From Bacteroidales bacterium (GTDB lineage Bacteria > Bacteroidota > Bacteroidia > Bacteroidales > ML635J-15): DNA of 64,000 nt. A model generated the notes under the pieces. The model had not been told where the DNA came from, made no database searches, and saw nothing but the letters and a program-made list of their open reading frames with translations. The stretch covers positions 12,135 to 76,134 of the forward strand of contig JAFGVU010000202.1 of assembly GCA_016937855.1 (NCBI GenBank), in the 5' to 3' direction. Below, in pieces: positions 10,194 to 20,320 of the stretch. The position numbers and the translations under genes were made by a program. How positions within the stretch are numbered: the first letter of the stretch is position 1; each line of letters begins with the position of its first letter.

Positions 10194-12932
10194 CTAAATT
10201 ATTGGTTTTTTAAAACAAAAAACTAGAAATGACACAATAAATATCATCATTACAAGGCAAAAACCACCAAACCAGAAATTACTTATTGCATTTCCAAAAA
10301 CAATTGAATATGCACTAAAAAAGATGATCTGTTTTTGGTTATAATAAGGTGGCATATATGCTGACATAAACCTGCGCTCTATTTCGTTTGCTTTTATAAT
10401 AATTGGGTCGGCATAATACGTTTCGACAATCATTTTTATTCCTACATTTCTGTATCTTTCCTTATTGATATTGTTTGATAAGTGTTTCATCGACACCTCA
10501 TATTGCCGTTTATAATAATCTTTAAGAATTAATAATTGTGTCGTCAGGCTATGTCCATTACTTTTTGGCATAAAAAAATTCTTATTCTGTTCAGAATTAA
10601 TAATTTCAATTGCTCTACAAGTATCATTTATCGCTATTTCTTGAACAGCAGGAATAAAGAAATCGAGATAGTAAGCTGATTCGTAAAGTAATATCTTCTC
10701 TTCCATCAACTCTTGTTTTTTATCTTCTTGTAAATAGAACTCCGTCACAATAGAGTTTATTCCATGATAAGCCGGCACAAAAATCGAAATATATGGAACA
10801 GGATTATTACAGATTTTGGGATTAAATCTATCAAACTTAATCATCACTCCTGAGAATATCATATTAACAACAATTATAAGCGGAATTGTAAGGTAAACAA
10901 CATTGATTGATTTGGAAATTTTGCTTAAAAACAAACCGAATGCAGCTCCCCAAAAAGTAAGTAATGCTGAAAAAGCAAATAATTGAATAAAAAGAAACTC
11001 CATTTTAAGTATAAATATAGATGGCAGTAACAAAAACAAGGTTTGCAGTATTGATAAAACAAAATATTTGGACAGTTTAGCAAATACAAGTGAGAAGTTT
11101 TTATTTATCAAATAGTGCTCTGACTCGTGAAAATCGCGCATAAAAATAAACTCATTCCCTGCACTGACAAGCCCTGTAAATATTGCAGTAATAACAATCA
11201 TTAATATCCACACCGGAATATTGGGGTTGTCAAAAACCGAATAACTATCATTTGGACTATATTTTGCGATAAATGCAAACAAAATTCCTGATAATAAAGG
11301 AATCGCCAGAAGAAAAATTAGTCGAGAAGTATTCCTTAAATCAGTTTTAAAACTAAATGCAATCTGAGAAATTATTGATTTTGCAAAATTTGATTTATTC
11401 TTTCGATTAATTATGTAAGGTTTACCCAAACAGTCAAGAACATTGGAATCTGTATGAGCTAAAGGCAATTTATTATGCCAAAAATCAGATGAATTATTAT
11501 CTTTACCTCTTTGAACAAGGTCTAAGAGCAAAGAAGGATTTTTTGTCTCCTCAAATATTGATAATCGATCAACACTTTCGGTTTCATTACGCAAATACTC
11601 TACAGCCGAAACCGGATTACCCGAGTATAAAACATATCCCCCATCATCAACAATTATTATTCTGTCGAAAAGATTTAGACTATCATAATCAGGTTGATGA
11701 ACTGTTGCAACCACTAGCTTACCTTTGCTAGCAATTGTTTTTAATATGGAAAGAATTTTAAAAGAATCTATAGATGCAAGCCCACTTGTTGGTTCATCAA
11801 GCAAGAAGACATCAGGATTAGCCAACAACTCCATAGCTATCCTAAGTCGTTTTTTTTGTCCACCTGATAGTTGACCGGAATCTGAACGATTTTTAACAAC
11901 AATTTTGTCTAAATCATGCTCCAGTCCGACAGCATAGGCAACATTTAATAATCTTTCATGTTTGTCTATCCTTTTTTCTTGCAAAAAGTCTAATCTTTGT
12001 AAAAGATGTTCGCGTACCGAAAAAAATGGAATAAAACTGTATGATTGCTTAAGGTAACTGAAATTCAAATCCCTATCTCCTTCTTTTTTAACCAATAATT
12101 GCCCGCTAAAATGTTGATCGTCATGAGCTAAAACCCTTAATAAACTAGATTTTCCGGCTCCACTTTTTCCAATAATACCTACAAACTCGCCACTACTAAT
12201 TTGGAGATTGACATTATTGAGAATTTTTCTTTTTCCCTTAATTAAGCTTACATTTTGCGTACAAATACTAAAACCAACATCAGAAACCGTATCTATTCCT
12301 GCAATTAAGTCATTAAAATATAGTTTTAACTGATTTTTATAATTAATTACTGATGATTTAAGCGCAAAACAAACCGATTCGGGCAAAAATGGAGCAGTAT
12401 CAATTGTAAATTCTTTATCTGTATTATTCCTGACCGCATAAACCTTATTGCAAAAATGAATATAATCAAGCTTTTCGTTTTGAAACACATCAAACTGTCC
12501 TATATCTTTTGCCTTTTCGCCATTAAAAAAACATATCAAATTATCAATATCAGACAAGTCAATACCATACAAATCTCCAATTAAATAAACAAACTCAAAA
12601 GAATTAACTAAACCAGAGCTTGAGTATAACAATCTGATTAAATGAAAAAGCAGAATAGATTTCTCCTGAGGACTTAGAAAAGTTGCTGTTTCTTCGCAAT
12701 ATTTTATTAACTTAACTGAATTTAAGGAAAGCTTTTTTTCAGATATTTGTGAGGAATATTCGTTAATATAATTATCGAACAACAATAAAAAGCTAGCAAC
12801 ATATTTTGGGTCTAGATAATCTTTTAAAAACTTTTCGAAAAGGGCTCTGACTTCTGAATTATCTGAGTTTGGATTCCTATTAACAGCAATTGCAAAGAGT
12901 CTGACTAAAGTATCGAATAAATATTTTGTCAT
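10194..12932 (-). CDS. ABC transporter, fused ATPase + ABC-2-type permease with ~230-aa N-terminal extension
   Basis: Walker A GKSGAGKSS, signature LSGGQKKR and Walker B FLLDEPT, followed by a C-terminal multi-TM domain. Confidence 0.8.
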   Translation of the reverse strand: MTKYLFDTLVRLFAIAVNRNPNSDNSEVRALFEKFLKDYLDPKYVASFLLLFDNYINEYSSQISEKKLSLNSVKLIKYCEETATFLSPQEKSILLFHLIRLLYSSSGLVNSFEFVYLIGDLYGIDLSDIDNLICFFNGEKAKDIGQFDVFQNEKLDYIHFCNKVYAVRNNTDKEFTIDTAPFLPESVCFALKSSVINYKNQLKLYFNDLIAGIDTVSDVGFSICTQNVSLIKGKRKILNNVNLQISSGEFVGIIGKSGAGKSSLLRVLAHDDQHFSGQLLVKKEGDRDLNFSYLKQSYSFIPFFSVREHLLQRLDFLQEKRIDKHERLLNVAYAVGLEHDLDKIVVKNRSDSGQLSGGQKKRLRIAMELLANPDVFLLDEPTSGLASIDSFKILSILKTIASKGKLVVATVHQPDYDSLNLFDRIIIVDDGGYVLYSGNPVSAVEYLRNETESVDRLSIFEETKNPSLLLDLVQRGKDNNSSDFWHNKLPLAHTDSNVLDCLGKPYIINRKNKSNFAKSIISQIAFSFKTDLRNTSRLIFLLAIPLLSGILFAFIAKYSPNDSYSVFDNPNIPVWILMIVITAIFTGLVSAGNEFIFMRDFHESEHYLINKNFSLVFAKLSKYFVLSILQTLFLLLPSIFILKMEFLFIQLFAFSALLTFWGAAFGLFLSKISKSINVVYLTIPLIIVVNMIFSGVMIKFDRFNPKICNNPVPYISIFVPAYHGINSIVTEFYLQEDKKQELMEEKILLYESAYYLDFFIPAVQEIAINDTCRAIEIINSEQNKNFFMPKSNGHSLTTQLLILKDYYKRQYEVSMKHLSNNINKERYRNVGIKMIVETYYADPIIIKANEIERRFMSAYMPPYYNQKQIIFFSAYSIVFGNAISNFWFGGFCLVMMIFIVSFLVFCFKKPII

Positions 12933-13174
12933 AAGTGCTAATTATGATTGAGTGCATAAATATACTAATATTTTTCGAACAATGCATTTAGAAAAAATAA
13001 AACAAATTTTCGCATGTCTTTTCATATTATTACTACGACGATTATTGATAACACTCAGTTTTTTTAACTTTTTTTTAAGGAAAGACAATAACAAAAATAT
13101 AGACAAAGCGTTAAATTTGCGTATCTATATAACAAAGTTAAAACTTTTAGATTTTGTTTTTTGCAATTATCTGT

Positions 13175-13182
13175 TAATTTTG
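13175..13182 (+). promoter_or_regulatory. -7 box TAATTTTG
   Basis: TAnnTTTG match ending 5 nt before ATG 13188. Confidence 0.4.
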
Positions 13183-13187
13183 CAACA

Positions 13188-15056
13188 ATGAAAAGATGGA
13201 CTATGAGGAAGCTTACGACAACATTATTACTAGTTTTAACAGCTAGCCTACTTTTTGCAGATGGCATCAAATTCACTGCCAATGGTGCACCCAAAGCAGG
13301 TGTTGGGCAAAACTTTCAGGTACAATTTTCAATTAATCAAAAGCCCGAAAAGATTAATCCAGGAAACTACGATGGGTTAAAATTGATAAGTGGTCCCAGT
13401 GTTTCAACTAGTCAAAACATTAGCATTGTAAATGGAAATTATACGCAATCCAATACATACACATATACTTATGTATTTCAGGCTTCGCAAACAGGAACCT
13501 ATACTATCGGTGGTGCTACAGCAGTAGTTGATGGTCAAACCTACACTTCAAATAGCGTTAGCGTACAAATACAGCAAGAAGCAGTTCAGTCGGGCGGAAG
13601 ACGAGGTTCGAGAAATTATGATCCTTGGGCAGACTTTTACGACATGATGGGATATGGTAATAACAATGCGAATGCTCAACCAAAAGAAATAACCGCTGAG
13701 GATTTATTTGTTAAAGTTATTGTTGATAAAACAAATATGTACAAAGGCGAAAGCCTTGTTGCCACAATAAAGATTTATACTAAGGTAGATCTAATGGGTT
13801 TTGAAGACATCAGACTGCCTGCATTTAACGATTTTTATGCCGAAGAGATAGAAACTGCCGACCGAATTAATCTAGTTCGAGAAACATATAACAATCAAAC
13901 TTATAATGTTGGATTAATCAAAAAATACATTTTATACCCACGAGTTTCGGGTGATTTAACAATAGAACCTTGCGAAATTGATTGTCAGGTGCGACAACAG
14001 ACTCAGCAGGGAGGAATGGGCTTTTTCGGTTATTACGAAACCAAAACAAAATCGATTAAGAGTCCCGAAATTAAAATCAAAGTAAACAAATTACCTCAAG
14101 CTCCTTCAACATTTAATGGAGCAGTAGGAAAATTTACTTACAAAGTTGAAAAGTCGGAGGACACCGTTATTGTTAACGATGCTATTACGATAAAAGTAAG
14201 CATTTCCGGGAGTGGGAACTTTAATATGATCGAAACACCTAAATTCAATTGGCCCAAAGAATTCGAAGTTTATGATCCAATTGCATCGCAAAACACAGGT
14301 ATAGACGCATCGGGACTTAACGGAACAAAGTCGTGGGAATATACAATAATTCCACGTTACCCCGGTATATTTAATCTTGGTGCGCTTGATTTTACCTTTT
14401 TCGACACAAATACAAAACAATATAAAACTTTAAACTCCCCTGAGATTACAATCGCTGTTAAAAAGGACAAAAACGATACAAATTTCGGTGAAACTTCATA
14501 CAATTATTCGCAAAAAAGCATCGACTATATAGGCGAGGACGATATCAGATTTATCAATTATAAAAATCTTAATCTGACTCAAAACTATATCCCATTAGTT
14601 GCTATAGGGGGTTTCTACTTGTTCTTCATTATTCCGTTTCTTATTTTTATTGTAGTTATTATAGTTTTAAGAAAGAAAATTAAGGAAAATGCTGATATTG
14701 CAAAAGTTAAACAGCGCAAGGCTGGACGAACTTCGCAAATAAGATTAAAAACAGCGCGTAAGTTTATGAGGCAAAACTTAAAAGCTGAATTTTACAAAGA
14801 AATTATTTCGGCATTATGGGGATATTGTAGCGACAAACTTGAGATTCCTATTGCGACACTTACAAAAGATAGCACAGAGCAAAAGCTTAAAGAGATTGGA
14901 ATTGATGATATTACTATCAAAAATCTAATTGAGGTAATAAACAAGTGTGAATTTGCCCATTTTGCTCCGGCAACGGCCGAAACCGAATTAGCCTTTATCT
15001 ACAAAGAAACAGTTGATATTATAGAGAGACTTGAACAAAAGATTAAAACAAAATAA
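13188..15056 (+). CDS. batD: BatD-like (oxygen-tolerance family) membrane-anchored protein
   Basis: Signal peptide, a large beta-rich ectodomain and a single C-terminal TM (IPLVAIGGFYLFFIIPFLIFIVVIIVL). It is followed by a TPR/SH3 protein, as in the Bacteroides bat operon. Start moved from TTG 13161 to ATG 13188. Confidence 0.6.
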   Translation: MKRWTMRKLTTTLLLVLTASLLFADGIKFTANGAPKAGVGQNFQVQFSINQKPEKINPGNYDGLKLISGPSVSTSQNISIVNGNYTQSNTYTYTYVFQASQTGTYTIGGATAVVDGQTYTSNSVSVQIQQEAVQSGGRRGSRNYDPWADFYDMMGYGNNNANAQPKEITAEDLFVKVIVDKTNMYKGESLVATIKIYTKVDLMGFEDIRLPAFNDFYAEEIETADRINLVRETYNNQTYNVGLIKKYILYPRVSGDLTIEPCEIDCQVRQQTQQGGMGFFGYYETKTKSIKSPEIKIKVNKLPQAPSTFNGAVGKFTYKVEKSEDTVIVNDAITIKVSISGSGNFNMIETPKFNWPKEFEVYDPIASQNTGIDASGLNGTKSWEYTIIPRYPGIFNLGALDFTFFDTNTKQYKTLNSPEITIAVKKDKNDTNFGETSYNYSQKSIDYIGEDDIRFINYKNLNLTQNYIPLVAIGGFYLFFIIPFLIFIVVIIVLRKKIKENADIAKVKQRKAGRTSQIRLKTARKFMRQNLKAEFYKEIISALWGYCSDKLEIPIATLTKDSTEQKLKEIGIDDITIKNLIEVINKCEFAHFAPATAETELAFIYKETVDIIERLEQKIKTK

Positions 15057-15058
15057 TC

Positions 15059-15838
15059 ATGAAAACAAAAACTTTTGGAAACAAAATTAAATACATTATT
15101 TCTATTGCAATTATTATTGTTTTAAGTTTTTCAGCATCTGCAAAAAACAATAGTCCCATAGAGGATAGCGCTCAATTATATTACAATAAAGCCAATTATC
15201 AAAATGCTCTATACTTTTACGACAGTTTATATTCACAAAATTATTCGTCACCCGAGTTATTCTTAAACATGGGAAACTGCTACTTCCAAACAGGCGACAT
15301 TGCAAATTCTATTTATTTTTATGAGAAATCAATAAGTCTCGATCCATCAAACGCAGAGGCAATGCACAATTTGGAGATTGCAAAAACTAAACTCGAAAGC
15401 AAAGTCGAAGAGTTACCGGTAGCTTTTTACAAAAGGTGGTTTTTAGGAGCAATCTCAATTATGTCGAGCGACGCATGGGCTATTACTGCGATCATTTTGT
15501 TTATTTTAGGACTGATTTCATTCGCAATTTATCTATTTAGCAACAGACTAAGTCTTAGAAAAATGGGTTTTATAAGCTCTATTATACTTGTTGCTATTGC
15601 ATCATTGTCGATCATTTTTTCAACAAATCTTGCAAAGAGAATTACAAAAAATAATTGTGCAATAGTATTTGATAAATCCTTAGTCAAGTCTTCGCCAAAT
15701 CAGGAGAGCAATAATCTTTTTGAGGTAACACCCGGACTAAAGGTCGAAATAACAGATTCGTTAAACTTATGGTATAATATTAAGCTCTCTGATGGCAAAC
15801 AGGGTTGGATAGAGTCAGAAAATGTTAAAAGATTGTAG
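15059..15838 (+). CDS. batE: BatE-like TPR + SH3b membrane protein
   Basis: N-terminal TPR-like repeats, central TM helices and a C-terminal SH3b-like WYNIKLSDGKQGWIESENV block. Confidence 0.55.
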   Translation: MKTKTFGNKIKYIISIAIIIVLSFSASAKNNSPIEDSAQLYYNKANYQNALYFYDSLYSQNYSSPELFLNMGNCYFQTGDIANSIYFYEKSISLDPSNAEAMHNLEIAKTKLESKVEELPVAFYKRWFLGAISIMSSDAWAITAIILFILGLISFAIYLFSNRLSLRKMGFISSIILVAIASLSIIFSTNLAKRITKNNCAIVFDKSLVKSSPNQESNNLFEVTPGLKVEITDSLNLWYNIKLSDGKQGWIESENVKRL

Positions 15839-15916
15839 CTTAATACCGTTATTATTATTCACTTTTTTACTAAATTGCATAATATTTGATAATCCTTTGT
15901 TCGAAAAAATAAGTAA

Positions 15917-16336
15917 ATGAAAAAATCAATATTGGCAATTGTTATTCTCTTCGTTTTAAGCTCGTGCAGTTTATTCGAAAAGAGAATTTGTTCAGGGTAC
16001 GAAAGTGATGCTACAACTTTTCGAGCACATGCCAATGCAATAAGTACAGACACACAATTCGCTCAGGAAAAAGCATTATTTATTGCAAAACAAAATATAG
16101 CAGAGGAAGTTGACATTTACATTCTCGACAAGTTTGACTATCAAACTTTTTTAGCTGACCCACTATTTGAGCAAAAACTAACAACTGCCCGCAAAACTAT
16201 TTTGAGCGACATTTCAATCATCTGTAGCAAAACAATTCCTAAGAAAGAACTGTTTAAATCATATGTAGCAATAGAAATTAGTAAAGAAACTATTGATAGA
16301 GAATTAAAAAGACGTTTACAAGAAGAAACACAATAA
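15917..16336 (+). CDS. hypothetical lipoprotein
   Basis: Lipobox in MKKSILAIVILFVLSSCS. No other motif. Confidence 0.5.
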   Translation: MKKSILAIVILFVLSSCSLFEKRICSGYESDATTFRAHANAISTDTQFAQEKALFIAKQNIAEEVDIYILDKFDYQTFLADPLFEQKLTTARKTILSDISIICSKTIPKKELFKSYVAIEISKETIDRELKRRLQEETQ

Positions 16337-16337
16337 T

Positions 16338-16856
16338 ATGGATATTGTACTGATAATTTTAGGGTTTGTTCTTATTCTGGCCGGTATAGTTGGGTGTATT
16401 TTGCCTGTTATTCCTGGACCGCCACTCAGTTTTGCAGGTTTATTACTATTACACTTCACCGAACCTGTAGATTTGACAGCTTTTACACTGATTCTAACTG
16501 CTGTTTTAGCAACTGTTGCAACAGTTTTAGACTATATTGTTCCGGTTTGGGGAACTAAAAAGGCTGGTGGATCAAAATGGGGAACACGTGGCAGCGGTTT
16601 AGGACTTATTGTAGGATTATTTTTTGCTCCAATCGGAATATTTGTAGGACCGTTTATTGGTGCTATGCTAGGCGAATTACTATATCATTATACAAAAAAA
16701 GACAATCCGGACAATGATAGCGTAAAGTTTAATAAATCCCTTAAAGCTGCTTTTGGTTCATTTTTAGGATTAATGTTTGGCGTTGTTTTAAAATTAATTG
16801 TTTCGTGCTTTATCGCATTTATTTTCGTCAAAGAAGTAATTATTGAGGTGTTTTAG
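16338..16856 (+). CDS. DUF456-like small membrane protein
   Basis: Four TM helices with GCILPVIPGPPL and YIVPVWGTKKAGGSKWG blocks, as I recall for DUF456. Confidence 0.6.
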   Translation: MDIVLIILGFVLILAGIVGCILPVIPGPPLSFAGLLLLHFTEPVDLTAFTLILTAVLATVATVLDYIVPVWGTKKAGGSKWGTRGSGLGLIVGLFFAPIGIFVGPFIGAMLGELLYHYTKKDNPDNDSVKFNKSLKAAFGSFLGLMFGVVLKLIVSCFIAFIFVKEVIIEVF

Positions 16857-17157
16857 ATAACTCAAATAGTTATATAAAAATGTGGTAATTATTAAGGTTA
16901 TGGGAAGATTTGAGCCTTTTGGAATGCATTTTTGCAATATCACGGAGACTAAGTAGAAAGAAACAACATCTCGGCAACTAAAATTAAGAACTGTTCCACT
17001 TGTCCCGTAGGGACAATATATCAGCAAGGCCACTCGTGATAATACGTCAGCCGACAGAGAAGCATATCAAGAATTTCTTAGTTGCATCCACCTAAACAAT
17101 TACAAAAATGGAATAAAACCATTAGCTCTACTCCCATTTAAGATTTTTATTAGATTC

Positions 17158-18792
17158 TTATTTGTCAGAATTATATTTATATCTTTTAATTTTCTGAGTT
17201 GGCGTTTTTTCAAATGGATTTTTTTGAACTCTAATAATTTTAATATTTGAGAACTTATTTACTTTTGAGTTGATATATGCTTTTAAATCATTTGAGAGTT
17301 CCTCTATTTTACCATCGATTTCTCCCTTAAGATTATGATATTTCTTCTCTAGTTCTTCGCTATTAAAATGAACTAGTGCAACAAGTTTCCCCTTTTGTTC
17401 AACTACAAGAGATTCAGTTACAAAGTGGAAATTATTAATAATTGATTCTATTTCCTCGGGATAAATATTTTCGCCACTAGAACCAACAATCACGTTTTTA
17501 CTACGACCTTTAATGTAAACGAAATTATCTTTATCAAGAGTTGCTAAATCGCCTGTTTTAAACCAACCATCTTCAGTGAGTACTTCGGCTGTAAGTTGGG
17601 GTTCCTTGTAGTAACCTTTCATAATAGACGGACCTTTAACCCATATTTCACCTTCTCCTGTTTTTGGATTTATGTCGTTTAATTTCATCTCGAGACCTTC
17701 GATTATTGGGCCTGTAGATCCGTGTCGTACCGTTTGTGGGTTAACCCCTGCTACCAAAGGTGAAGTCTCAGTAAGTCCATACCCAATTGCGTATGGAAAT
17801 TTTGCTTCAATCAAGAATTTTTCGACAACCGGGTCGAGTTTTGCTCCACCAATACCAAAAAATCTGATTTTACCACCAAAGGTTTCGAGAAGTTTACGTC
17901 CTGCCAACGAGTTTAATAGTTTTCGTGTTGGTGGAATTTTATACATAAACTTTGTCAACTTCTTGGCATTAAAAGTAGGCAATATCTTATTTTTATAAAT
18001 TTTCTCGATAATTAGCGGAACCGACAACATAATTGTAGGTTTTACTTCTTGCATTGCAGGAATAAGAATAGCCGGAGTAGGAAGCTTACGAAGATAATAT
18101 ACCGAAGCACCATTGATCATAGGTAAGATCAGCCCCAAAGTATTTTCGTATGCATGCGACAAAGGCAAGAAAGATAAAAATCTGTCTTCAGGCACAATTG
18201 GTTGTAGTATCCCACAGCTCTTACCATTAGAACTTAGGTTTTTATGACTAAGCATAACACCTTTTGATTTTCCGGTAGTTCCGGATGTATAAATAATTAT
18301 AGCAGTATCTTCGGGATCTACCGAATACACATTGTCAGATTTTAAATTAAGTTTAAAACTAATATTTTCAGGTATATCAATAGCTGTAAAATCATTTATA
18401 CGAATCTTAGAAGTAAGAAATGGAGTTTCAATATCTTCAATTTTTGTCCTAAACAATTCGGCACAAAAAATTGATTTACTCTCGCTATGGATTAAAATAT
18501 TTTGAATCTCTTCAGAACTAAAATCAGGCAAAATAGGAACTGCAATAGCACCCATCGAAACAATTGCGAAATAGGTAATACCCCAATTAGGCATATTATT
18601 AGATAAAATTGCAACCTTATCGCCGGGTTTAACACCAAGATTCTCTAAAAACGCAATAACAGATCTCATTTCACTCTGCACTTCTGCATAAGTCTTTGGA
18701 GATTCATCTGAAAATCCTAAAAAATCGTTACCTGAAAATTTGTTAAAAGAATTCGTTAGTAGGTCAGGAATTGTCAAAAAGTTTGTTTGCAT
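17158..18792 (-). CDS. AMP-dependent long-chain acyl-CoA synthetase
   Basis: AMP-binding signature IIYTSGTTGKSKGVMLSH, with YGLTETS and GWFKTGD blocks. Confidence 0.85.
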   Translation of the reverse strand: MQTNFLTIPDLLTNSFNKFSGNDFLGFSDESPKTYAEVQSEMRSVIAFLENLGVKPGDKVAILSNNMPNWGITYFAIVSMGAIAVPILPDFSSEEIQNILIHSESKSIFCAELFRTKIEDIETPFLTSKIRINDFTAIDIPENISFKLNLKSDNVYSVDPEDTAIIIYTSGTTGKSKGVMLSHKNLSSNGKSCGILQPIVPEDRFLSFLPLSHAYENTLGLILPMINGASVYYLRKLPTPAILIPAMQEVKPTIMLSVPLIIEKIYKNKILPTFNAKKLTKFMYKIPPTRKLLNSLAGRKLLETFGGKIRFFGIGGAKLDPVVEKFLIEAKFPYAIGYGLTETSPLVAGVNPQTVRHGSTGPIIEGLEMKLNDINPKTGEGEIWVKGPSIMKGYYKEPQLTAEVLTEDGWFKTGDLATLDKDNFVYIKGRSKNVIVGSSGENIYPEEIESIINNFHFVTESLVVEQKGKLVALVHFNSEELEKKYHNLKGEIDGKIEELSNDLKAYINSKVNKFSNIKIIRVQKNPFEKTPTQKIKRYKYNSDK

Positions 18793-18943
18793 AATAAATA
18801 TTTAATTACAAAAATAACATTAAAATGTTATATATGTTGATGAAAAAGGATAAAACTATACCAACATCATTGTTAATAAGTTTAATAACAGTCTGATAAT
18901 CACACATTAATCATAATACATAAAAACTCAGCATTATATGCTA

Positions 18944-20320
18944 TCAGGAGAATTGTGTCGTATTTGGTATCATATTTCGGAGTTTCTTTACCATAAAAAC
19001 CATCATAAAAAAAGTTATAATTGCAGCAAGGAAATCGGCTGCAGGAAAAGAATACCAGATTCCATTCTCTCCCCAAAGCAAAGGAAATAACAAAACAAAC
19101 GGTATTAAAAATAGCAATTGCCTGGCCAAAGCCAAAAACAGCGAAGCTTTTGCTTTTCCTAATGCTTGATACAGTCCTGAGCCCACAACCTGAAATCCAA
19201 TAACCGGAAATGCAACAATAAAAATTCTCATTGCCTTTGACCCAATATCAAGCAACTCCGGCTCTGTTGTAAAAATCCCCAATAACTGTCTGGCAAAGAA
19301 AAAGAACACAAAAAATGCAACGAAACAAAAGAAAGTTGACCACACAATAGCTTTTTTCATTACGTCTAAAACTCTTTGGATATTTTTCGCTCCGTAATTA
19401 TATCCAGCAATTGGCATAAAACCTTGATTAATTCCAAACAGAGGCATAAAAATAAACATCGACAGTCTAAAAATAATTCCAAAAGCTGCTATTGCAGTAC
19501 TTCCACTATAAAACAGCAATGCATTATTTAGCACAATAGTCATAACAGAGGAGGCTATTTGTCGTCCAAACGATGAAGCTCCAAGTGCAAATGTTTCTTT
19601 AGTAATTTCTTTATTGGGTATAGACAGAATAACATCTGAGTGTAATCTAAGAACACTTTTTTTATTAATTGTATAATACCAAACGACAAAAACAAATCCG
19701 ACAAACTGACTTATAGTGGTTGCTAAAGCGGCTCCCATCATTCCCCAACCTAATACAAAAATAAATATAGGATCAATAATTAGATTTAAACTTGCTGCTA
19801 TCGTTTGCACTATCATTGGAAAACGAGCGTTGCCCTCTGCTCTGATAACATTAACAATAACAAACAGGAAATTTAAGAAAAATGTACCGGGTAAAGCCCA
19901 AACAGCATACTCGTATGCGTAAGGCATAATCTCATCATTAGCGCCAAATGTCTTTAACAAAGCACTTAAATTAAGATATGCTACCGTAAAAACAACAAAG
20001 TTGATTACTGTAATTATAGTTACAAGGTTGTTTAATGTTAAATTTGCTTTTGCTTTATCTTTAGCGCCTAATGCACGAGAAACAATTGATGCACCACCTA
20101 ATCCAATAGCATGTCCAAATGTGTTTATAGCCATCAGTAACGGAAGCGAGACAGATATCCCTGCAATCCCCAGAGTCCCTACACTACGTCCAATAAAAAT
20201 GGTATCGGCAAGATTATAAATTGTGATGGCCATCATCCCGAGAATAGACGGCAAAGACAAACTCCATAGCAGTTTACCTATTTTCTCCTCTCCTAACCTC
20301 TCCGATCTGTTCATATCCAA
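18944..20320 (-). CDS. MATE family efflux transporter
   Basis: Twelve-TM architecture, with N-terminal KLLWSLSLPSILGMM and ALGKAK blocks typical of MATE/NorM. Confidence 0.8.
   Translation of the reverse strand: MDMNRSERLGEEKIGKLLWSLSLPSILGMMAITIYNLADTIFIGRSVGTLGIAGISVSLPLLMAINTFGHAIGLGGASIVSRALGAKDKAKANLTLNNLVTIITVINFVVFTVAYLNLSALLKTFGANDEIMPYAYEYAVWALPGTFFLNFLFVIVNVIRAEGNARFPMIVQTIAASLNLIIDPIFIFVLGWGMMGAALATTISQFVGFVFVVWYYTINKKSVLRLHSDVILSIPNKEITKETFALGASSFGRQIASSVMTIVLNNALLFYSGSTAIAAFGIIFRLSMFIFMPLFGINQGFMPIAGYNYGAKNIQRVLDVMKKAIVWSTFFCFVAFFVFFFFARQLLGIFTTEPELLDIGSKAMRIFIVAFPVIGFQVVGSGLYQALGKAKASLFLALARQLLFLIPFVLLFPLLWGENGIWYSFPAADFLAAIITFFMMVFMVKKLRNMIPNTTQFS

Noticed and set aside
12952-13294. 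Two overlapping ORFs (12952..13191 + and 13064..13294 -) in the ABC/batD divergent region.
   Set aside because: They overlap the promoter region and the batD signal-peptide coding region and have junk-like composition. The batD start at ATG 13188, preceded by a TAATTTTG box, explains the region.
17045-17065. GTCAGCCGACAGAGAAGCA superficially resembles the conserved SRP RNA domain IV (GUCAGGUCCGGAAGGAAGCAGC).
   Set aside because: The tetraloop would be GACA, which is not GNRA. The closing pairs do not form (C-A and G-G mismatches), and the flanks do not fold into the long SRP hairpin.
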